Part shown: one piece after another, positions 1 to 8,990 of the stretch
How positions within the stretch are numbered: position 1 is the first letter of the stretch
How the letters are laid out: every line of letters begins with the position of its first letter
DNA from: Paraphysomonas bandaiensis
Lineage: Eukaryota; Protista; Chrysophyceae
DNA length: 16,239 nt
Assembly: GCA_965644295.1 (NCBI GenBank)
Contig: CBFFRP010000187.1
Coordinates: 1 to 16,239 of the forward strand
Direction: 5' to 3'
The notes under the pieces: model-generated
Databases searched by the model: none
What the model was told of the DNA's origin: nothing
What the model saw: the letters and a program-made list of their open reading frames with translations, nothing else
Made by a program: the position numbers and the translations under genes

Positions 1-2149
1 ACACATTGTTCGTTTGTTTGTTTTTTATCTTTGTTTGATAACTTTTTCTTTCCATAACTACTACATGGAATACGAAAAGTATGATTATTTAAATATTTAG
101 CGGGGTTTCCTACCCTGAGGTAATGTACATTCCGAAGTACCACATTAGTGTCTCCATCGGAAGATTCTTTACATTCTCCGGCCATTATTGTACCACGAAA
201 TTCACCCTCATCCTCTACAGTTCTATTGATATCTGGAACGTCAGGAGCTGGTACGATCTGTTTTGTTGTGTTCTCGTAAAATCTTGTGTAACTGATGCAT
301 CATCTTCGGGAATCGTATGTAACAATCAACCCACATTTTCCGCCCTACGTTAATTGACATATTCTTTGATTACATAGTTGGGTAGAGACTGCGAAAGAGA
401 TAGATGATTGAAGCATAGGCTTCGCATTCAATTGGTCTTGCAAACGTTTTCTATGGAATAGTTTGTGATGCATATTATTTTGTTTTTTTATTGTTTTCTG
501 ATTTTTTTATCCGTTTTTTACATTAAATTTGTTAGCTTAAGTGCTACAGCAGTTACGAATTGCATATTTCATTGAAGTAATTTAAATATGTACTATCATC
601 TTATGTAAGTATACTAGGACTGTACCTCGAGGTGCGGTGTTTTGTACAATTTCCATTCACGATATTAGTTAGTTTAAAGTTTTTCAGCAAAATTGCTTGA
701 GTTGTACATGCGTGTGTTATATTTGCCAGACTCGTATAGCAACGTCAGGCATTACATGATAAAATATATACAAAAAGGAAGTAGGTGTTCAATAATTAAT
801 ATTAGAAAAATAATTAAAATCGAAGTATTGCTTCAAATTAATGGTATCTATACATAAGGGAATGACAATTGGACTAGATACCCCCAAACTTCAATCATAG
901 TAGCTATGTAGCTTTAACTAATGTACCCCAACCAGGCTTGCGTTACTATTAATACCAAAATTAATTGAGTTAATTCATTTGAAATTGTAATAACCAGCTA
1001 TCTGGTTATTTTATACTTTTATACTATATGAGCTCTCTATTGTATATGCTCAAGTTTGTACATACTATCTGTGCAACATAGGTTGAATATTCTTATTACC
1101 ATATTCCACATTCACATATATGATATATTACTACTATGACAACTCATGCTTATCATTGCGATTTATATATATATCTATTCAAAAGACAAAGAAAGACAGA
1201 GAATGACCAATAATATTGCATAATAATGGAGAGTATAATTGATGATAATATGTATATATTATTATATATTATATTGATGCTTAAGGCTGGAGAAGTTTAC
1301 TAGAGAATTCCGGATTTGATATCCACGCTGATAGATATGTATTTCCAGATTATTCAGTAATACAGTTGTACTTTACGTATTTCTTTCAGTGCTTATTGTT
1401 TATTGAACTGTGGTTGGAAGTACGCATACAAGGTCATTCCTTTGGGCCTTCCTCTGGCCTAGGAATCATATGTATATATTGATTATTGCTAAGAAGATAC
1501 ATTTCTTTATGTTGGAAGTTGCTTGTAGCTAATGGCCAGCAGTAGTTGTATATAATGTATAGTTACATGTCGTTATATATATGATAGTATTACTATGAAG
1601 GAACCTAAGGTTGAGGGCAGGACTCTGCTAGAACCTATCTTGTTGGTAGAGTCATTGGGATATTGTTAGAAGGATATCATCGTTCTCGTGACACAGTTCA
1701 TGAAGATCAAATCAAATCAGAGCTGTGGGCACACTGTTTGGTTTAGTTGTGCCAGGGTCAGCGACGCTGGTATTACAAAATAGTAATAGCAACTATAGTC
1801 ATTAGATATCTCTCACCAAATAATATAGCATCGTGATCTGTATGTGATATTGATCATAGTGGTACAAACTCATTATTTGTTAGCTTAGAAGAATTGGTAG
1901 GATATATATGTACTGTTGCGCAAAATCACACTTTAGCACCACCACAGTGGTTGTCGTGATATATATAGCATAATATGCTGATTGCAGATATTCAACTACG
2001 CAGTCAGTTGAAATATGCAATCATAAATCACCACCTGCTAAACTAAAGTGCATCAAATGTAGTATATAGAATTATCCACTCATCTGCAGGGGTTCGATAT
2101 TGATGTCTTACGATTAATCCCAAGCAACGTAGATTATGCCAGGATAATA

Positions 2150-2236
2150 CCCTAAACAAAGTCGGACTCGCACCTTTTCGTGGTGTTCTGGGGGATAAGT
2201 ACCGGAGATATTTTTCCGGGAAACTAACATGAGCCG
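2150..2236 (+). ncRNA. Putative HDV-like ribozyme (ingi/L1Tc type), copy A, degenerate P1
   Basis: P3/L3 ACC-TTTTCGT-GGT (2172-2184). P4 CCGGAGA..TTCCGG closed by an AGTA/GAA loop-E-like motif (2198-2222). J4/2 CTAA (2224-2227). P2 CTCG/TGAG. P1 CCCTAAAC/GTTCTGGGG pairs imperfectly. Confidence 0.5.
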
Positions 2237-2661
2237 CATATATAGTCAGCAGATAATTTTCTGCCCACTCATAGCCAAATGCTTGTGTGTTACAAGGGGC
2301 ACTACTATAAGTGTCACTTGTTTAAACGTCTTTGAGCCCTGACAAATAAACAGGCATCTGGGACTGGGCCCACCTCAAGGGCAACCGGTGTATTGGGTGC
2401 CTGCTGAAGTCAAGCATCCGGCCTGAGTTCACCTAAAGGACAAAAACCCTGATTGTCATGTATATTAACATTCTGCTTGCGCACTGCATTTGCTTTGAGT
2501 GATGCAGCAAAAGTGGTTACACCTCGGTACTTGCGGTGACGCACATTCAGCTTTCGTAGCGTTAAATAGTATGATATCAGAGTTAAGCACTAGTTAGTTA
2601 AATTGCAATGATAAATTAGTTCTGACTCTTAAACGCCAATTGCTAATAAGAAGATGTTCAC
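2150..2661 (+). mobile_element. Non-autonomous structured retroposon, copy A (full length, ~510 bp), with HDV-like ribozyme head
   Basis: Collinear similarity to 14860-15545 (+), 15200-15374 (-) and 14403-14580 (-). Starts CCCTAAAC and ends AATAAGAAGATGTTCAC (copy C ends AATAACAAGACATTCAC). CAGGATAA lies near both ends (2140-2147 and 2668-2675), a possible decayed TSD. No credible ORF. Confidence 0.75.
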
Positions 2662-2689
2662 TACTAGCAGGATAAGGGCGCTTACAGGC

Positions 2690-3050
2690 TCGACTAGTGG
2701 GGAGCTTAACATCATCTGTATACTTGTTGAATCGTATGGTGTTGTCTGGATGATTTGATTGGTCAGTAGCCCCCGGGATGAGAGGTGGGCGTTGTTCAAT
2801 ATGTGGATTAGGAGAAAGCAGCAGTCGAGATGCAGAGTAGCATGGAAGAAGAACTAAACCGATCTGAGACACATGTGCCTGTCGATGTCCATGTAGATAA
2901 AGGAGAATAAGGAGGATAAAGCCATTCGTTTACTTAATGAAACATAAGTACAACACTATCAACATCTGCGAGAGTTTGCTTAGTAACACTGATATATGCA
3001 GGTGAATACCACTTAGAATATACGCATATTGATAGGAGAAGACTGGCATC
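2690..3050 (-). pseudogene. Degraded non-LTR (LINE) reverse transcriptase fragment
   Basis: Minus-strand frames give, in order, NMRIF*VVFTC / ISVLLSKLSQM (motif A region, cf. RILFVDFSSAF...LLxKL), STGTCVSDRFSSSSMLLCIST (cf. GVPQGSVLSPLLF) and HPDNTIRFNKYTDDVKL (YTDD at 2711-2722, cf. NTIIKF/YADD). Interrupted by stops and frameshifts. Confidence 0.45.
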
Positions 3051-3173
3051 TGTGGGATGAGATTTAGTCATCGAATTGAAGGTATATGATTGGATAAGAT
3101 AGAAGTAAGAAGTGAGTTACTGTTGAATTGAATATTGAAGTTGAATGTTTGTATTTGTTCAGTGTTTTTTTGT

Positions 3174-3199
3174 GGACAAAAAATAGGGACAAAAAATAG
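3174..3199. repeat. 13-bp tandem duplication GGACAAAAAATAG x2
   Basis: Exact direct repeat at 3174-3186 and 3187-3199, just outside the left TIR. Confidence 0.85.
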
Positions 3200-3214
3200 G
3201 GGATTCTTGTATTA

Positions 3215-3244
3215 GGAAGGCGGGTACGTATCTTGGCGGTTTTT
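3215..3244 (+). repeat. Left terminal inverted repeat
   Basis: Reverse complement of 5946-5975 with few mismatches. Confidence 0.85.
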
Positions 3245-4759
3245 TTTTGCACTTTTCAGATGCACTTAAAATAACACTCACTGCATGTCTGATCGCAGTG
3301 AAAGCATCATTGGAAACGTAGTGATTTTACCCATATTTCATTCTAAGTGACGAACTGCACTCATAATCTGAAGCTTTTGATATTCATCCTCAAAGTGAGC
3401 CCCTTAAGAGGTTTTTGACCTCATTTCAGTTTTTGGTTTTTCAAAATGGCCGTTTTTTCCCTCTCAGATGACTGCAAATCACAGTCACTTAAATTAAATT
3501 GGAGTATTTGGAGATGATCATTGCTCATAGCGGCCATGTGGCGATACAGGTAGACTAATTTCATAGTGCTTGACACGATGGTGCTCTTACTTTCAACTGA
3601 TTCGCAGTATTCATGGTGATAAGTTCTGGTTGGGGAGGAGGGGTCGATTTCGATACGCCGGCACACCACACATGCGAATGACCTCAACTGACCTGTAGAT
3701 ATACACTCAACTATTGCTCATTATATGCGCAATACTATCAGCACACTAATTTGAGTATACGCTCTCCTCTGCGGCATTGTGCATCACATTTCTGAAATAA
3801 GCGTGTGTTTAGATTAGCCACACGATGACTCTAATGCTGCACCTCTGGAGCGAAATGGAGGCTCTGGTGAATTGAGGAGGAAAGAGGGAGGACTCTGGAG
3901 CTGTTTCGGGCTCAGGGTGATGCCCGGATTGAAAATTCACTATTCTACAGGGGTCAGAGTGAGGCATGCGGAACAGCACATGTAGACAGTGAAATTCATT
4001 GCACGGGGCTCTGCACGCAGTGAAACGTAGAGGGATCCACATTGACGCAGCCCACCAGCGATCCTTGGCCGAATGTTTTTGGAACTGTGGATGTGGTCAA
4101 ACCGACTGGTGCTTCCCCCGTCATGACTGATCGCTATCCTAAACTTTTCAATGGTTGAACACCCAGACTCATAGTGGGTCGACTTTGATCCATGGGACAT
4201 AGGGTACCCCTCTTGAGGAACAGCGGGAGCTCAGCAACAGCCTGCACTGGATAAAGGTCAGAGGGAACCTGACCACCTCAGTATTCATACGATTCATAGT
4301 ACTAAACCTTGCTCTCCAAATATATGTTATTGATGTCCAGTAGTATAGGAGTACTACAAGTGATAGATTAACTAAATTATTATTTTGAATTGTTTTTGTT
4401 CTGTTGCATATTTACTAAAATTGTTTCTACTTCTTAATTTATATTATGTTACACCCATTGAGATTTACTTAAAATCGGACATTGACTGTGTCGTAGAAGC
4501 TGGCTTAGTTTGGTCAACAAGAAGAAGTGTGTAGCCATCAGTGTTGAACTTTATTACTTTCATTCAACTCGTAATTAAATTTCACACTGGAGAAAGAAAA
4601 TATTAAAAATCCAAAACAAAAACGATGTTACGTAAAATCATACATACGACAGAGTTAAAGTAGATACGAATATGTACTGCTGGTTTGTGGTATGTATGCG
4701 TTGACTTTGCATGAGCTGAAGTGATTACAATTGTATGCACTTTATCATGCGAAATATCC

Positions 4760-4836
4760 AAAGAAAATAAAGGACCGAACAGAATCTCAAAAGAAAATAA
4801 AGGACCGAACAGAATCTCAAAAGAAAATAAAGGACC
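4760..4836. repeat. 30-bp tandem repeat x2.6 (AAAGAAAATAAAGGACCGAACAGAATCTCA)
   Basis: Exact units at 4760-4789 and 4790-4819, and a partial unit at 4820-4836. Confidence 0.92.
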
Positions 4837-4893
4837 AAGTGGGGTCAAAACAAAATAAGAGACTCGCAAGTACGCGATTAAATAGCAAGTAAC

Positions 4894-5694
4894 CTACGCC
4901 GCATCGATTGGCTCTCGATCTGATTCCGATACATAAACCTCCTCTCTCTCCACCTCCACTCCCCCGTGCAGCTGTTTCAACTTGTCAGACATCGGTCCTT
5001 CGAGCTTGGCTATGAGGTAGGCCTTCGTGCCAACCTTTAGCTCAGGATCAATAGGAGTAGTTGCCTTAGGAAGGACAATTAGTGCGGCCTTTAGAACATC
5101 ATTATTGGCCGTGCGCCAGTCATATTGCTGGTCGCGCACACGTACCAAAAGTGCCTCCAACGCCTCAACATGTCGGTGATATTCTTCCATCTGGCGGCGC
5201 TCCTTTTCGTCCTTACGGCGCTCTTTAGCCTGTCGCTCTTCCTCCCTCCGAGCCATGTAGGCCTCAATACGCTCGGCCGTTGACAGCACTGCACAGTGCC
5301 CCGTAGTGGTGTTGGGCATACCACCCCTGTCGTCCACCCCTCCCCCTCCCCTTCTGCATCCTGACCCCACACCTCATTCTCTAGGGCAACGTCCAAAACA
5401 CTTAGCGCACCGCGGGGAATTGAGGCTTTCTTGTATCGGGCCTCCTCTGCCCTCGCTTGGGCCTGTTCACGTGCCGGAGCGAGAAAACTAGACTGGAAGA
5501 ACTGTGCCGAAATACTACTAATAAGCACGCAATAGTTGATATCCCCAGGCTTGACCTTCTGGTAACGAACCCGCTTCATATTTGGGGGCTCCTCGCTGAG
5601 GTACATTTCCTGGAAGCACACCATACTGCTTGGCACGCTTAACCTCAATCACAACATCCCTTTTCCCCAATGGGGGCAGTGTGACTTCGTCCAT
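4894..5694 (-). pseudogene. Frameshifted ORF, probably the C-terminal part of a pogo/Tc1-like transposase
   Basis: Three ORF-track frames join into one reading: MDEVTLPPLGKRDVVIEVK / ..FFQSSFLAPAREQAQARAEE..DAEGEGEG / (shift in G-run near 5337) VDDRGGMPNTTTGHCAVLSTAERIEAYMARREEERQAKERRKDEKERR..., stop at 4894. The G..VL(S/T)..E motif followed by a charged helix resembles pogo-type transposase tails. It lies between the TIRs. No DDE core is visible. Confidence 0.5.
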
Positions 5695-5945
5695 ACGACT
5701 GTCTGTATGAGTGTGAGTGATTCGGGGTCGCTGTGGACGTCCTCGCATCATACTCGATCAATTCTACATGAAAATCAGATCAGACGACGTCATCATGAGC
5801 AGTGATTATTGTTTACTGTACCTGATACAATTATATATAATGTAATTCTTGTATAAGTATGTGGGGTTGGTTTATAGTAAGATTTAAGGTGGAGCAATGG
5901 TGGATTGACACACGAAAACCCGCCATTTTCAAAAACCTAAAAAAG

Positions 5946-5975
5946 AAAACCCGCCAAGATAGATACCCGCCTTCC
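5946..5975 (-). repeat. Right terminal inverted repeat
   Basis: Reverse complement of 3215-3244. Confidence 0.85.
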
Positions 5976-6159
5976 TAGTGATGTGGTTACATTTGCTCTA
6001 GTTTGCTGCTATTGGCCTATCAATCTCTTCGGATGAGAGAGCTGTCTGGATACCTTCAAGCACTTTATATAAAGCCGGATGCAGCTGAACATAGCCGAGT
6101 TTCTTGAAAGGCTTTCAGGTCGTGCGTGTCAAGCATTCGTACTATAGTTGCATTGCTCT

Positions 6160-6410
6160 GTCCACATAGAGCAGTACCAGCAGCAGTATTCTACCTGTAT
6201 GTTTCTGCTGTAGTACTGTATATGGTACTGCAATATACTGTGTTGTATTCGTACTGCTGTACATGGTACTGTTGGACATATATTACTGATAGGTACTGCT
6301 GTGTAGTACACAATTGTACTCTGCACATTGTTCTGCAGTATTCTCCTGCTGCATGGTACGTGGAGATGTCCAGAGTGGTGTATGTCTACACTGTACTGCA
6401 CTGTATATTG
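6160..6410. repeat. Degenerate GTAC/TACTG-rich low-complexity tract
   Basis: Many copies of GTACTG, TACTGC and ACTGT. This explains the overlapping Y/C/V-rich spurious ORFs on both strands. Confidence 0.6.
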
Positions 6411-6614
6411 GAGTCACACTCAGATAAGTGATTGATAGCACACTCACCCATAACTAGCTCCTACATAACCCTCCATATCTCTCCACTCCCATCCTCTCCA
6501 CTTTAAACAATCACTTCTAGACATAGATATAGTTCGGATGCAGTGAGTGTGAAGGGTTCACAGTACCTCTCTATATACAAGCTACATATCTGATAATACA
6601 AGAGACTAGAGCCC

Positions 6615-7276
6615 ATGCTGACGGATAATGAATCGACTCCGTTGTCGATGCGAAGTAGAGAACAGCCTTCACAGAGTAGAGTTGATAGGCACCCGGGTAG
6701 TGCAACAAAGGGTTGCATGCTGCATCTCTTAACTGCTCTGTCTTGTTTTGTTATTATATCTGTCACTCTGATATTTCTTACCGAATTTTTTGGATTATGC
6801 ATGTCATTGATTCAAAGCTGGCCAGGTGATAGTTATATCCGTATTGACCCCTCATCTAAATATACTTTCACAGGGTTTGAATTTGGACTGAAGATATATT
6901 GTTGCTGCTTTACTATCATCGTGATATTAATCGAAATGGAGTGGACTTCCACTGCGAGGCAGTCAATTATATGTCAGTCCTGGATATGGCGAGGCTTGTT
7001 CTATGCATTTATTGGTTTTTTGGAGAACTCCATGCACGCAGGAGATGACAAGACTCTTCCGGTAGAGTGGGCTCTCTTCGTGGCGGCAACACTAATGATA
7101 GTATATGGTTTCATATATGCCGTTATGGGACTACTGAATCTGAAGAGATTGCGAGACGAGAGAATGGCCAGATATATTCAATTGCTGGCATACATAGAGG
7201 TGGGAGTTGGTGCATTTTTATAAACTTTTTTAATGTCGAACAGGTAGATAACGCGATGCGTATGGAGCCTGCATAG
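6615..7276 (+). CDS. COPI-associated / Golgi membrane protein (Tvp15/COPI_assoc-like); predicted exons 6615-6825, 6874-7199, 7244-7276
   Basis: About four hydrophobic segments. The motif 'IIVILIEMEW...SWIWRGLFYAFIG' is typical of the COPI_assoc family, followed by a basic C-terminal tail. Intron 7200-7243 (GTGGGA...AACAG, 44 nt, phase 0) gives the C-terminus VDNAMRMEPA*. A probable in-frame intron lies at 6826-6873 (GTGATA...TTTCACAG, 48 nt). Confidence 0.8.
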
Positions 7277-8259
7277 TGTGGCGCGAAGGGTTTGTAAATG
7301 TCAGTGTATGGGGCTTTCTATGCTGCTGAAGTTATAGTTATTGCTTTTATTTTCTAGTTTATTGGCGGCAGCATTTTACAAGACTACTGGCCGTTATTGT
7401 TTAGGATATTTCTGTAACCATCAGTACTCTTTTTATCTTTCCCCTATATTGACAGGAAGGACGACTGTGCTTGTTACTATTAGCTCAACTTAATATATTT
7501 TTTAAGTAATACGTTTCATTTTTATATGACGTTGTTGTTTTTATATTTACTTTACTTGATGATTGCGCATTACAGCTCTACCCCATTCCAGTAGCTAGTG
7601 AATGTCGTATTATAATAATAGGTGTGTAAGAGCCAGCCACATTCCGAGATCGCACCCTAGTAAAAGTGTTGTTAATAAAATCTTGGTGTATCTTTGTGGG
7701 TCGCCAAGCAAGCTCCAGTTATTAATCTCCACTATCCTGGAGGGGGCTCGGCCAACATCACGCTAGGCCAATAATGAGCCATGCATGGTCACGAGAAGCT
7801 ACCCGTAATCTACGGTCGTGTCATATTTAAACCTACTAAATTGTACATTCGTTCCTACTAAACTAAGAAATGTCACTTGTTTCTACTAACTTTTGCAGAT
7901 GTTCCACGAATACTAAAAATGGAAGTTGAGCCGTATTGAAATTTTGTAGAATAGAATAAAATTCATAACTTAGTAGGAATGTCTGAAACATATAGTAAGT
8001 TCAGCTGCCATTACCGGTATAATCTTTGTTTGTTGATGAAAGGTAAGCATGGCTCTACATAATCTGCGCGAATTACAAATTACATCCATAACTTATAAGA
8101 GAGTCTGATTATCACTTTGTTGGCTCTTTACTAGTCTGATAGATTTATACCGCAATATTGGTGAACGAGAAATACAGGGAACTACCAGCCGTATAAGCCA
8201 AACTGTAAGCCAGTTGAGCACTATGATTGGCTCAGGAATGTACAAAAGTAGAGTAAGAG

Positions 8260-8990
8260 GAAAAGTCGTTGATATGAGGACTCAGTGCGCCAAACAGGGT
8301 ACAAGGCAAGCTGGGGGCAGCTTTTGGGTCATCTGGGCTTTGTTCTGGTCCACATTGGAGTAGAGTGAGGCCTGTTATGGCTAATTTAGTGCAACTTTGT
8401 GTTGGGCGGTATTTCGTTCCGAAGAGCAAAGAAAAGTGTAGGAGTACCTAACGGATACACTTCTAACGTCATTTACACTACTATACTTGAATATTTCGAA
8501 GCAGTTGAATATGCTATCACATTACAATATTATGCTATGTATCTAGACGATTGTTATGGATTATGGAGGTGCTCAGTTTGTTCTTTGCCAACTATCTTTG
8601 ACATGACATGTTACTCTTGCACGCTGAGGTGTTAAAGTGTATACTAACCCTAATTACGATTAATAAATGATAACGTGACTGTGCACATACGTCCATACTA
8701 CTATGCTAACATATAATGGGTGTGTACCTAAGATCTAAGATCAGTAGCTAGATATCGTAAGATGCTAATTTAGTCAGCCAATTAATTGGCAAAATTTTAC
8801 AATAATAATAATTGGCATTATCACTTTTTAAACCAAGTAATTGTTACGCGAGCCTGTCCACAAGTCTTGTATAGCTATCAGAAATCCCGCGTATTCTTAT
8901 CGAAGGCGAACATGGGTGGGGCGGCAACAGAATCTGCGCGTGATCTATGTGGTCAGCTACGGTGCTACGTAGAGACACGGGTAAACGGAT
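8260..8990 (+). pseudogene. Degraded Penelope-like (PLE) reverse transcriptase relic
   Basis: Ordered motifs: VVDMRTQC (weak motif A); LLWLI*CNFVLGGISFRRAKKSVGVP...IYTTILE (cf. NxFxFGxxxYxQxxGxAMG...E); YYAMYLDDCYGLW (YLDD at 8540-8551, cf. RYIDDIFGIW); HFLNQVIV...YSYQKS...LCGQLRCY (cf. FLDxxI...YRKP...GQLxRY). Interrupted by stops. Confidence 0.5.

Larger units (their letters stand above)
3215..5975 (-). mobile_element. TIR DNA transposon, internally deleted/defective (2761 bp), flanked by TA
   Basis: Left end GGAAGGCGGGTACGTATCTTGGCGG vs reverse complement of right end GGAAGGCGGGTATCTATCTTGGCGG (23/25 identical). TA lies immediately outside both ends (3213-3214, 5976-5977). A second inverted block pairs 3430-3456 with 5915-5944. 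Contains a transposase-like remnant on the minus strand. Confidence 0.8.

Noticed and set aside
1-480. Protein-like fragments on the minus strand and ORF 123-353 (+)
   Set aside because: Multiple stops in all frames and no recognisable motif. It may be a relic, but this cannot be supported.
2150-2661. Dispersed element as tRNA-SINE, SRP, RNase P/MRP or snRNA
   Set aside because: No A/B boxes, SRP S-domain motif or RNase P/MRP CR-I/CR-V pairing recognised.
4760-4836. 30-bp repeats as a CRISPR array
   Set aside because: Head-to-tail with no spacers, in a eukaryotic context, and no cas genes.
6126-6431. ORFs 6126-6431 (+) and 6129-6401 (-)
   Set aside because: By-products of low-complexity GTAC/TACTG sequence.
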